The translations under genes were made by a program, and so were the position numbers. From an uncultured Rhodoferax sp. (GTDB taxonomy: Bacteria > Pseudomonadota > Gammaproteobacteria > Burkholderiales > Burkholderiaceae_C), in NCBI GenBank assembly GCA_937863075.1, contig CALMCD010000231.1:1-47510 (forward strand): a stretch of DNA of 47,510 bases. Direction: 5' to 3'. Positions 18,864 through 27,768 of this stretch are shown piece by piece. The notes beneath the pieces are model-generated. The model saw nothing but the letters and a program-made list of their open reading frames with translations. It was not told where the DNA came from and ran no database searches. Numbering within the stretch: position 1 is the first letter of the stretch; each line of letters opens with the position of its first letter.

Positions 18864-20738
18864 TCAAGGATCAATCAACAATACATTGGCCGTCGAATTA
18901 CCCCCCTTGCCATCGGTGATGGTGTAGGAGAAGGTATCGGTGGTAAAGACGTTTTTGGGTACGAAGGCAACGCCAGAACCGGAACTGAGAATCGACACCG
19001 TTCCATTACCACCCGCCGGTTGGGTAATGGAGAGGACACGCAAGCCATCGCCGTCGGGGTCGGTATCGTTCGTCAATACGGACAACAATGGGGTTCCTGT
19101 TGTGCCGCTGACCATATAGGTGTCATCCTTGGCAACGGGGGTGCGATTGGTGTAGGTGCGGGTGCTAGCCACCGAGGTTTCTTGCGTCTCGCTGGTGCGA
19201 TAGGTATCAACGGTGCGCTTGTGTTCGCTGGGGGTACGCAGAGCGCGGCGCATCCAACTGGGTTCTTGCTTGATAACCTCTTGGTGGAAGGTGATAGGCG
19301 GTTCTTTAGGCTGTGCCGCAGGAATGATTTGTTCGGGGATCGTCACCATGTCTTCTTTACTCACGATGGTTACAAATTCCAAATCGACACGGCGGTTTTT
19401 GGCGCGTGTATCGCGTGCATTGGGGTATTTGGGTTCGGTTTTACCTTTGCCTTCGGTCACAATTTGGTCGGCTTTGATAACGCCCGTGGAAACCAAATAA
19501 TCACGCACGGCATTGGCACGTTTCACCGACAAAATTTGGTTGAAAACCGCAGAACCCAAATCGCAGGTATGGCCCACGATATGGATATTGCCTTCATAGG
19601 GGGTCGTTTTCAGGATTTCGATAACGCGATCCAATTCCGCACGGGCCACCTTGGTTAATTGATTGCTTGCAATTTCAAAGAACGCATCGTTACGCATCGT
19701 CGCCTTGGTTTTAACCATGACTTTTTCGGTGCGTGCGGGGATGATGCTAGGTTGGCTGGCAGGTGCGGCAGTAGTCGCTACGGGGGCCGGAGTGGGTTCT
19801 GTGGCAGCGATATTGCTGCTTGCAACCAAGGCAGTCAGGGTAGCGGGACGTGGGTCTTGCACCATGCGGAACAAGCGACCGGGTTGGCTATTGGGCTTGC
19901 CAAGGGCGTAACGGTAGCTGACCATTGCGCGGGTTTCATTGCTGGTGGTGGCTGTGTCGATACCACCTGTACGATTCAACACCGCTACTTGCAGGGCGAC
20001 GCTGTGCGGTGTTCCTGCATAGAATTTTTCTGCGGTGACGGAAAGGCTGGTTTGACGCGCATCGCCCCCGCCATTGGTAGCACCCCACTCTACATCCGCC
20101 CCCCCTGTCAGGCGCAGAGCGTGTTCATCGTAGTAGTGACCGACACGGAAGCCTACGCCATTTTCATACGCACGTTCAAACAGGCGGTTGGTGGTGACAC
20201 GGCTGATGGTGTCGATGAAAGGGCGCTCGCCATCCATTCCAGAAACGGGGGTGCTGGTGGTGGTATTGGTTTCTTTCAAGAGCCGCTGACCCGTCACGGC
20301 ACGGCTCACGTACACATCACCAAACCAGTGTTCTTTCTCCAAACCAAAGCCTACGGTGGCTTTGCGGTCGTTGCTTTCGTTTTGATCGAGGGCAACGGTG
20401 TATTTTTGTACGGCATCATCCGCCAGACGGTGGTAACTGAGTTTGCCACCCCCCGCAGATTTTGCAATCCACACTTCACCCAGCCACGCGCTATCGGCAT
20501 CTTCCTTCAATACGCCAGCAATTTCACCTTGTACCTCGCCACCGTTGCGAACGCCAATGGATACCCGCGCTGCATCACCAATGTATTGGGTGGCACCATC
20601 CGACTGCACGCCAGTGGGGAGTGGTGCTTGCTGGGCAAAGGCAGGAACCACCGAGAGGGGGGTTAGCAGCGCCAGCAGCAGGTGTGGAATGGGTTTGAGT
20701 CGAGGAGTCCGATCCGGACGAGGATGATGGCGTGACAT
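18864..20738 (-). CDS. Outer-membrane protein: inverse-autotransporter-like beta-barrel + OmpA_C peptidoglycan-binding domain + C-terminal Ig/cadherin-like domain
   Basis: Signal peptide ending 'PAFA/Q'. Amphipathic beta strands. OmpA_C motifs 'IVGHTC..GS..FNQ.LS..RA.AVR.YL', 'GKGK..P', 'NRRV'. C-terminal 'NRTPVAKDD...VLTNDTDPDGD.L...FSYTITDGKGG'. ATG 20738 preferred. Confidence 0.8.
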   Translation of the reverse strand: MSRHHPRPDRTPRLKPIPHLLLALLTPLSVVPAFAQQAPLPTGVQSDGATQYIGDAARVSIGVRNGGEVQGEIAGVLKEDADSAWLGEVWIAKSAGGGKLSYHRLADDAVQKYTVALDQNESNDRKATVGFGLEKEHWFGDVYVSRAVTGQRLLKETNTTTSTPVSGMDGERPFIDTISRVTTNRLFERAYENGVGFRVGHYYDEHALRLTGGADVEWGATNGGGDARQTSLSVTAEKFYAGTPHSVALQVAVLNRTGGIDTATTSNETRAMVSYRYALGKPNSQPGRLFRMVQDPRPATLTALVASSNIAATEPTPAPVATTAAPASQPSIIPARTEKVMVKTKATMRNDAFFEIASNQLTKVARAELDRVIEILKTTPYEGNIHIVGHTCDLGSAVFNQILSVKRANAVRDYLVSTGVIKADQIVTEGKGKTEPKYPNARDTRAKNRRVDLEFVTIVSKEDMVTIPEQIIPAAQPKEPPITFHQEVIKQEPSWMRRALRTPSEHKRTVDTYRTSETQETSVASTRTYTNRTPVAKDDTYMVSGTTGTPLLSVLTNDTDPDGDGLRVLSITQPAGGNGTVSILSSGSGVAFVPKNVFTTDTFSYTITDGKGGNSTANVLLIDP

Positions 20739-20798
20739 GAGGAAACCCCAGTAAAGTAAGACGAAATAACACCACATTTTACCGAATGCGGTGGAAGG

Positions 20799-23198
20799 CT
20801 ACTTGATACAGACTTGCCGCACCATTTTCAGGTCGGTGAGACCCATCATCACTTTTTCCATCCCGTCCATTTTCAGTGTTTTCATGCCGCCCTCTACCGC
20901 TGCGGCGAATAATTCGGCGACGCGGGCGCGTTCTTGAATCAGTTTCTTGACGGGGTCATCGGCAATCAGCAATTCATGCAAACCGATCCGTCCTTTGTAC
21001 CCCGATTGGCGGCAGCGGTCGCAGCCTACCGCGCGGTAGAGCCGGATTTTTCCATCGACCGCATAGGTTTTGAACCAACTTTGAATGAGTTGTTCCCGTT
21101 CTCCTTCGGGGTCTATTTTCCAAACCTTGGTGTTGGATAGCTCGGACGCATATTCGGTCACAAAGAGGCGGAATTCTTCCGCGTCTGGAATATAAGATTC
21201 CTTGCAATCGCACAATTTTTTGGCCAGACGCTGCGCCAAAATACCCAGCAAGGCATCGGCAAAGTTGAAAGGGTCCATTCCCATATCCATCAAACGGGTG
21301 ATGGATTCGGGGGCGGAATTGGTGTGCAGTGTGGAGAAAACCAAATGCCCCGTGAGCGAGGCTTCCACACCCATCGACACCGTTTCTTTGTCGCGCGATT
21401 CGCCCACCATAATGATGTCTGGGTCGGCACGCAAGAAAGCCCGCATGACCAATGCAAAATCAATCCCTGCTTTTTTGTTGATTTGCACCTGCCGCAGCCC
21501 TTTTTGGGTAATCTCCACGGGGTCTTCGGCCGTCCAAATTTTGGTATCGGGCGTGTTCAGGTGCTTCAAAATCGAATGCAGCGTGGTGGTTTTACCAGAA
21601 CCCGTCGGGCCGCAGACGTAGAACAGGCCATAGGGTTTTTCAATGGTTCTCACCACCCGATCTTTGTTATGGGGCGTGAGTCCCAACTGTTCGAGGGGAA
21701 TGGGTTCGCCCGCCGCCAAAATCCGCATCACCACATCTTCCACGCCACCCGCTGAAGGAATGGTGGCCACCCGCAGCTCAATATCCAAAGGCGCGTATTT
21801 CTTGAACTTGATTTTCCCGTCTTGTGGCTTGCGTTTTTCGGAAATATCCAAGTCACACATGATTTTGAGGCGTGTGACCAAGGGTTGGCGCAAGTAGGCA
21901 GGAACTTCCACATAGGGAATCAAACTACCGTCAATGCGGAAACGAATACCGGTTTTGGCTTTACCCGGTAGCGGTTCGATGTGAATATCGGATGCTTTTT
22001 GTGTATACGCATCCACAATAACGCGATTGACAAATTTCACCAATTCATTGTCCGCCGCAGCGGATTCCAGCGCATCGTCGGTGAGGATGTCATCGGCGGT
22101 GGTATCTTCCATCCCCGCCAAGAAACTTTCCACGGTTTGGACTTCTTCTGCTGCGCCGAGTAATTGTTTGAGGGTTTCCTCAAAATCCAAGTGGGTGGTC
22201 ACCCGATAGGAAAACTTGGTGAAACGTGGAAACACCTGCGGCACAACGCGGGCATTGCGTACCGCCTCTGGGTCTAGGCACATCACCACCAGACCTTCGG
22301 GGGAATCTTCCAGTGGAATCCATCCCTGTTGCTCGATAAAGTCACGTTTGAGTGTGCCGTGCAACATCTCGTTGCGGATGCGTGCGCCGTAAAAAGCCTC
22401 GTAGGGTACGCGGAAGAAACGGGAAAGCGATTGACCGATTTGATCCGATTGCAGTTGGTAAGTGCTGCGCAGCAGGTGTTCGACCGATTGGTTTTCGAGA
22501 CGGGCGTTTTGAATGCACTGCGTCAAATCAGTGACGCTGATGAGTCCAGCCGCCACCAAGCCATCGTATTTTGTGATTTTTTGCTTGATGCTGCTATTGC
22601 GTTGGTGAATGACGGATGCCAATGTTTTGCACAACGCCAGCGTGCCTTCGACCTCTAAATCATTAAAAGGTTCGTTATTCTTGTTATTGATAACCTGCAA
22701 TACGCCGTACAGCGTGGGGCCTTCCATGATGGGTACGACTAACATTTGTTTAGTCCGATACCCCGACCGCTGATCAACAATTTTGAGGAATGTCAGTGAG
22801 GGATGAATTTGTTTGAGATATTCTTCATCGTACACATCCGGTAAATTCAGCAATTGGCGGCTGAAGGCAACATAGCCTGCAATGCTTTGCGGCGTAATAG
22901 GCAGGCGTATTTCGCTATTGCTGTGCAATCCGGTTTTGACCTTGGAGACGATAGCGTTTTGCTCTTCATTCACCAAATACAAGGTGATACGGTCTGCATT
23001 CAGGAGTTTGCAAATATCGTTGCTGACTTCCAGAATGACGTGTTCTACATTTTCTCCGGCTTGAATATGCTCAATAATGGGATGGAGCTGGCGGGAAAAT
23101 AAAACCTTGAATGTCAATCCCCGTTTTTTGAGTTGTTCGGGCGCAGGCGTATTACTTGCTTTGGCTGGGAAAATGCTGGAGTGACTAAAGCCATTCAT
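20799..23198 (-). CDS. GAF-domain-containing PilB/GspE-family secretion/pilus ATPase
   Basis: N-terminal GAF, 'ASDIHIEP', Walker A 'GPTGSGKTT', Asp box 'AEDPVE', Walker B 'DIIMVGE', His box 'STLHTN', Cys knuckle 'LCDC...CDRC'. ATG 23198 overlaps the PDE stop (ATGA). Confidence 0.93.
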   Translation of the reverse strand: MNGFSHSSIFPAKASNTPAPEQLKKRGLTFKVLFSRQLHPIIEHIQAGENVEHVILEVSNDICKLLNADRITLYLVNEEQNAIVSKVKTGLHSNSEIRLPITPQSIAGYVAFSRQLLNLPDVYDEEYLKQIHPSLTFLKIVDQRSGYRTKQMLVVPIMEGPTLYGVLQVINNKNNEPFNDLEVEGTLALCKTLASVIHQRNSSIKQKITKYDGLVAAGLISVTDLTQCIQNARLENQSVEHLLRSTYQLQSDQIGQSLSRFFRVPYEAFYGARIRNEMLHGTLKRDFIEQQGWIPLEDSPEGLVVMCLDPEAVRNARVVPQVFPRFTKFSYRVTTHLDFEETLKQLLGAAEEVQTVESFLAGMEDTTADDILTDDALESAAADNELVKFVNRVIVDAYTQKASDIHIEPLPGKAKTGIRFRIDGSLIPYVEVPAYLRQPLVTRLKIMCDLDISEKRKPQDGKIKFKKYAPLDIELRVATIPSAGGVEDVVMRILAAGEPIPLEQLGLTPHNKDRVVRTIEKPYGLFYVCGPTGSGKTTTLHSILKHLNTPDTKIWTAEDPVEITQKGLRQVQINKKAGIDFALVMRAFLRADPDIIMVGESRDKETVSMGVEASLTGHLVFSTLHTNSAPESITRLMDMGMDPFNFADALLGILAQRLAKKLCDCKESYIPDAEEFRLFVTEYASELSNTKVWKIDPEGEREQLIQSWFKTYAVDGKIRLYRAVGCDRCRQSGYKGRIGLHELLIADDPVKKLIQERARVAELFAAAVEGGMKTLKMDGMEKVMMGLTDLKMVRQVCIK

Positions 23199-24007
23199 AA
23201 ATGGAATTCCTGTCCAATGCACATACGGCGAATATCATGCACCATCCGATGTAGGTTGGGGGATTGCGAGTGATCAAATTGCTGTATCTCTGCCATGATG
23301 AGTTCGGTTTCAGCAGGTTTGGTATGGGTGATATAGATAGGGAAGCTCCGACTTTCTTCAATAAAGGCCAACTCATCGGCCAACACGCTAGGGGCTAGGT
23401 GCAAGCTGCGGTGTGCCAAATCTTTTTCACGGTTACTGAAAGCGGTTTCGATAACCAGCATACCAACATTCAATTGGTTCAGACGCTCCCAAAAAGCAGG
23501 ATTGCGTTCCGTGTCACCGGTATAGACCCAACATTTCCCTTGATGGTTATCAGGGTTTATCGCCGAAACAGAGAAGCCTGCCGCCGCTACGGTGTGAATG
23601 GCGGGCAGCACTTCAATATGCTTATTATTGATGGTAAAGGTTTGACCGATATGAATTTCTTGAAAACGGATAAACGGCATAGCAACCGTGGGGATGCGTG
23701 AAAAATCGGGCCAGATGACATTATTGAAAATGTGCATCTGGAGTGCAGCGATGGTTCCCGCGAGGGCATAAACCGTGATGGGGGTGGTACGTGACGACGC
23801 AACGGCATCCACCATCAACGGCAGCGCGGCAATGTGGTCCAGATGCGAGTGACTCAATATCACATGGTCGATGCTCCGCATCTCATGGAGTGTGAGGTCG
23901 CCTACACCCGTACCTGCTTCGAGTAAAACATCGTGGTCAATGAGGAAGGATGTAGTCCGGCAATTGGCGGCAATCGAACCGGAACAACCCAAAACGCGTA
24001 CTTTCAC
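23195..24007 (-). CDS. Class II (metallo-beta-lactamase fold) 3',5'-cyclic-nucleotide phosphodiesterase-like protein
   Basis: 'VLGCSG', 'EAGTG', 'SHSHLDHI' (HxHxDH), 'HIFNNVIWPDF', 'HTV', 'YTGDT', 'IETAF', 'THTKP'. Confidence 0.85.
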   Translation of the reverse strand: MKVRVLGCSGSIAANCRTTSFLIDHDVLLEAGTGVGDLTLHEMRSIDHVILSHSHLDHIAALPLMVDAVASSRTTPITVYALAGTIAALQMHIFNNVIWPDFSRIPTVAMPFIRFQEIHIGQTFTINNKHIEVLPAIHTVAAAGFSVSAINPDNHQGKCWVYTGDTERNPAFWERLNQLNVGMLVIETAFSNREKDLAHRSLHLAPSVLADELAFIEESRSFPIYITHTKPAETELIMAEIQQFDHSQSPNLHRMVHDIRRMCIGQEFHL

Positions 24008-24010
24008 GGA

Positions 24011-24031
24011 TATGCCTTATGCCTTATGCCT
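24011..24031. repeat. Perfect 7-bp tandem repeat (TATGCCT)x3
   Basis: tatgcct tatgcct tatgcct, located 3 nt upstream of the PDE GTG start on the minus strand. Confidence 0.9.
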
Positions 24032-24065
24032 TGTTGGAAACCTTGGATGAAGGAGGAACTCAGGA

Positions 24066-24686
24066 TTAAACCTGTATGAACTGCATACGTGTACCTGCCA
24101 ATTCAATAACATCCCCATTTTTAAGGGGAATAGGATCCGCCCCGATGGTTTCACCATTGAGCATGGGATTGCCCGCCCCTTCGACATGGTGCACCACATA
24201 CCCATGCTGACGGCGTGTAACAGCAGCCACCGCAATGCCGGGCTTACCGATGGTGGTTACCACTTTGGTGAGCGGCACTTCCCGCCCCGAGGCAGAACCC
24301 GACAGTACCTTGATAGCCGCTTGAACAGGCCCACTTCCCGCATCGGACGATTCGGTTGCACCCGTCAAAGCCCCCGATCCTGCCGCAGAGCGCGTGACAA
24401 AATCACCCAAAAACTTGAGTTTGCACTTGCCTATTTCAAACGTATCACCATTTTGTAATCGTTGTTTTTTAACCAGCGTACCATTCAAATACGTACCATT
24501 GGTGCTATTGAGGTCTTCTAAGAAGCTGTTCCCCGCGACGGTTTGCACCATAGCATGTTCACCGCTCACCGCCAGATTGTCAATCACGATGTCGTTGTAG
24601 GGCCTGCGTCCAATCGTGGTCTTTTCCTTGATTAACTGCACTTCCTTAACAACAACATCATCGAGCAAAACGATCACTTTCGGCAT
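24066..24686 (-). CDS. Double FHA-domain protein
   Basis: Canonical N-terminal FHA 'IGRR..NDIVI....VSGEHA...DLNSTNGTYLNG', Gly/Ser/Ala linker, degenerate second FHA 'TTIGKPG...LKNGDVIEL'. Confidence 0.92.
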   Translation of the reverse strand: MPKVIVLLDDVVVKEVQLIKEKTTIGRRPYNDIVIDNLAVSGEHAMVQTVAGNSFLEDLNSTNGTYLNGTLVKKQRLQNGDTFEIGKCKLKFLGDFVTRSAAGSGALTGATESSDAGSGPVQAAIKVLSGSASGREVPLTKVVTTIGKPGIAVAAVTRRQHGYVVHHVEGAGNPMLNGETIGADPIPLKNGDVIELAGTRMQFIQV

Positions 24687-24709
24687 GACCGGACTCCTTT
24701 AATTCAAAT

Positions 24710-25495
24710 TCACTTTCTCAACCATCGTGCAATTAAACTGCGCTTTTCAGGGGCTTCGGCTACTTCGATCATTAAGACAGAAATATTATCCCTGCCCCCC
24801 ATCTCGTTGGCGGCGTTGATAAGCCCCATTGCTCGTTGTTCAATGTCCATATTTAACGAGGCGATTCTACCGATAGCCGATTCGCTCATCATGTCGGACA
24901 ATCCGTCCGAACACATCAAATACAAATCACCGGGCTGAATATCAAATTCGTGTATTTCCAGTAAGGCGTTCTCTTCCACTCCCAGCGCACGGGTCACCAG
25001 ATTTTTGATGGAAGACAATGCCGCCTCAGCGGGTGTGATCCATCCAGCATCCATTTGCTCTTGTAAAAGGGAGTGATCCTTGGTGATCTGCTCTATATGC
25101 CCGTTGCGCAGACGGTAGCAGCGCGAATCACCGATGTGTCCCAGCATCAAATAACTATCTTGGAATACGCCCACCACCAAGGTGGTTCCCATGCCTGCAC
25201 AGCTCACGTTATTTTGGGCTTCTTCAAAAATAGCATGGTTGGCACGGGCTACAGCGACTTCGATAGCATGGCGGATGTCGGAAGCAGGTGTACTCTTTTT
25301 TGCATTTTGTAACCATTCACCCAGTTCTGCGGTGAGAATGGAGGTGGCCATCCCGCTGGCTATTTCCCCTGCGTTGTATCCGCCCATACCATCTGCCAGC
25401 ACAGCGATGCGGTTTGATTCGTCAAATGCTATCGAATCTTCGTTATTGGCGCGTACCCGACCCGTGTCGGTTTTGGCACAGAATTGGTAGATCAT
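24710..25495 (-). CDS. PP2C-family Ser/Thr protein phosphatase (Stp1-like)
   Basis: 'TDTGRVRANNED', 'LADGMGG', 'GMGTT', 'HIGDSR', 'DHS', 'CSDGL', 'GGRDNIS'. ATG 25495 after GAGGAAGG. Confidence 0.95.
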   Translation of the reverse strand: MIYQFCAKTDTGRVRANNEDSIAFDESNRIAVLADGMGGYNAGEIASGMATSILTAELGEWLQNAKKSTPASDIRHAIEVAVARANHAIFEEAQNNVSCAGMGTTLVVGVFQDSYLMLGHIGDSRCYRLRNGHIEQITKDHSLLQEQMDAGWITPAEAALSSIKNLVTRALGVEENALLEIHEFDIQPGDLYLMCSDGLSDMMSESAIGRIASLNMDIEQRAMGLINAANEMGGRDNISVLMIEVAEAPEKRSLIARWLRK

Positions 25496-25519
25496 AGGGT
25501 GGCCTTCCTCAATGTAATA

Positions 25520-25547
25520 AGCGCCCCAAACTGTCGCTTGGAGCGCT
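25520..25547 (-). terminator. GNRA-capped hairpin between sucD and the PP2C gene (possible terminator or attenuator)
   Basis: Minus strand AGCGCTCCAAGC-GACA-GTTTGGGGCGCT: 12-bp stem with two G-U pairs, followed by TATTACATT. Confidence 0.5.
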
Positions 25548-25610
25548 CTTTTATTGGTCAATCCATAGTGTAGCGAACCTACACCAGAACCGAGGCACGG
25601 TTAAATACGA

Positions 25611-26504
25611 TTAAAGCAGCGTTTTGAGCAATCGACCCATTTCAGAGGGATTGCGCGTTACTTTGAAACCGCATTCTTCCATCACGGCCAATTTCGCATC
25701 GGCTGTATCGGCACCGCCAGAGATCAATGCACCTGCATGACCCATGCGCTTGCCTGCTGGAGCAGTCACACCCGCGATAAAGCCTACGATAGGCTTTTTC
25801 ATGTTCAGTTTGCACCAACGTGCGGCTTCTGCTTCATCGGGGCCGCCGATTTCGCCGATCATGATGACCGCATCGGTATCGGGATCGTCATTGAAGGCAC
25901 GCATTACGTCGATGTGCTTCAGGCCATTGATGGGGTCACCACCAATACCGACCGCAGAAGATTGACCCAAACCGATTTCGGTTAATTGCGCCACGGCTTC
26001 ATAAGTCAGCGTACCGGAGCGGCTTACCACGCCGATACGGCCTTTGCGGTGAATGTGTCCGGGCATGATGCCGATTTTGATTTCGTCAGGCGTAATCAAA
26101 CCGGGGCAGTTGGGGCCGAGCAACAAAGTTTTCTTGCCGCCAGCCGCTTCTTTGGCTTTCATGCGGTTGCGCAATTCCAACATATCACGGACGGGAATGC
26201 CTTCGGTGATACAAATCGCCAAATCCAAATCGGCTTCTACCGCTTCCCAAATCGCGGCAGCAGCGCCTGCGGGGGGAACGTAGATCACGGAAACCGTTGC
26301 ACCCGTTTCAGAAGCCGCTTCTTTAACGGAAGCGTAGATTGGGATGTTGAAAATCGACTCGCCCGCTTTTTTCGGGTTCACACCTGCCACGAAGCAGTTT
26401 TTACCGTTTGCGTATTCTTGGCACTTTTCGGTGTGAAATTGACCAGTCTTACCCGTAATGCCTTGGGTGATGACTTTGGTGTCTTTATTGATGAAAATCG
26501 ACAT
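25611..26504 (-). CDS. sucD: Succinyl-CoA synthetase alpha subunit
   Basis: 'QGITGKTG', 'ITEGIP', 'GPNCPG', 'SRSGTLTYE', 'GEIGG', phospho-His 'MGHAGA'. Confidence 0.98.
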   Translation of the reverse strand: MSIFINKDTKVITQGITGKTGQFHTEKCQEYANGKNCFVAGVNPKKAGESIFNIPIYASVKEAASETGATVSVIYVPPAGAAAAIWEAVEADLDLAICITEGIPVRDMLELRNRMKAKEAAGGKKTLLLGPNCPGLITPDEIKIGIMPGHIHRKGRIGVVSRSGTLTYEAVAQLTEIGLGQSSAVGIGGDPINGLKHIDVMRAFNDDPDTDAVIMIGEIGGPDEAEAARWCKLNMKKPIVGFIAGVTAPAGKRMGHAGALISGGADTADAKLAVMEECGFKVTRNPSEMGRLLKTLL

Positions 26505-26519
26505 TATTGGTACTCCCGC

Positions 26520-27680
26520 TTATTTGACTGCTGCCACGATTTTCTGGGCTGCTTCCGCCATGGAATCGGCACTGATAATGGGCAATCCACTTTCAGCCAG
26601 CATTTTCTTACCGAGTTCTTCGTTGGTTCCCTTCATACGCACGACCAGTGGTACGGAGAGGTTCACGGCTTTACACGCAGTGATAACGCCAGTAGCAATG
26701 GTGTCGCAGCGCATGATGCCGCCGAAGATGTTGACCAAAATGGCCTTTACTTTCGGGTTTTTCAGCATGATCTTGAAGGCTTCGGTCACTTTTTCAGGTG
26801 TTGCACCGCCGCCCACGTCCAAGAAGTTGGCGGGTTCTGCGCCGAACAACTTGATGGTGTCCATTGTTGCCATCGCCAAGCCAGCACCGTTGACCAAACA
26901 GCCAATGTTGCCGTCCAAGCTGATGTAGGCCAAATCGAATTTGGATGCTTCTACTTCAGCAGGGTCTTCTTCGTCCAAGTCACGCAGCGCCACAATTTCG
27001 GGGTGACGGTACAGCGCGTTGGAATCAAAGTTGAACTTCGAGTCCAAGGCCATGATGTTGCCTTTGCTGTCGCGGTTCAGGGGGTTGATTTCCACCAAAG
27101 ACGCATCGGTGTCCATGTAGCATTTGTACAGCTTCTGGAACACATCAATGGCTTGTGCCATAGACTCTTCAGGCAAGCTGATGCCAGCAGCCAGTTCACG
27201 GGCTTGGGTTTCGGTCAAACCGGTGAGTGGATCAACAAAAATCTTGATGATTTTCTCAGGAGTGGAATGCGCCACTTCCTCGATATCCATACCGCCTTCA
27301 CTGGAAGCAATGAAAGCAACTTTTTGGGATTCACGATCGGTAACTACGGAAACGTAGTATTCTTTTTGAATGTCAGCGCCATCTTCGATGTAGATACGGC
27401 GTACTTTTTGACCTTCAGGGCCTGTTTGGTGGGTTTTGAGCTGCATACCCAAAATTTCGCCCGCCAGACGTTGCACATCTTCAATGGATTTGGCAACTTT
27501 CACGCCACCGCCCTTGCCACGCCCGCCAGCGTGAATCTGGGCTTTGACCACCCAAACGGGGCCACCCAATTTTTGAGCGGCTTCAACCGCCTCTTGAACG
27601 GTAAACGCAGGAATGCCGCGTGGTACGGGCAGACCGAACTGACGCAAAATTTCTTTGCCTTGGTATTCGTGAATTTTCAT
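26520..27680 (-). CDS. sucC: Succinyl-CoA synthetase beta subunit
   Basis: 'MKIHEYQGK', '[15 protein letters not shown]', 'EINPL', '[11 protein letters not shown]', 'NFLDVGGG', 'NIFGGI'. Confidence 0.98.
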   Translation of the reverse strand: MKIHEYQGKEILRQFGLPVPRGIPAFTVQEAVEAAQKLGGPVWVVKAQIHAGGRGKGGGVKVAKSIEDVQRLAGEILGMQLKTHQTGPEGQKVRRIYIEDGADIQKEYYVSVVTDRESQKVAFIASSEGGMDIEEVAHSTPEKIIKIFVDPLTGLTETQARELAAGISLPEESMAQAIDVFQKLYKCYMDTDASLVEINPLNRDSKGNIMALDSKFNFDSNALYRHPEIVALRDLDEEDPAEVEASKFDLAYISLDGNIGCLVNGAGLAMATMDTIKLFGAEPANFLDVGGGATPEKVTEAFKIMLKNPKVKAILVNIFGGIMRCDTIATGVITACKAVNLSVPLVVRMKGTNEELGKKMLAESGLPIISADSMAEAAQKIVAAVK

Positions 27681-27720
27681 AATGTCTCTTTGTGGAAACG
27701 GAAGAGTTAGGAATGTATCA

Positions 27721-27735
27721 TGGTGCAATGCACCA
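27721..27735. promoter_or_regulatory. Perfect palindrome TGGTGCA-A-TGCACCA between divergent sucC and argC (candidate transcription-factor site)
   Basis: 7-bp inverted repeat in an otherwise AT-rich 88-bp intergenic region. Confidence 0.5.
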
Positions 27736-27768
27736 AACTTCAATCTTCCTTACATAACAAATCCTTAT

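Noticed and set aside
19020-20666. 212-aa and 335-aa plus-strand ORFs
   Set aside because: Antisense to the well-supported OmpA/autotransporter-like gene and without motifs.
20799-23198. Assigning the symbol pilB or gspE
   Set aside because: The GAF domain and the absence of adjacent pilC/pilD or gsp genes suggest a paralog, and orthology cannot be established by eye.
25986-27710. 574-aa plus-strand ORF
   Set aside because: It lies antisense to sucC/sucD and has no recognisable motifs. It is a typical shadow ORF arising from the codon bias of highly expressed genes.
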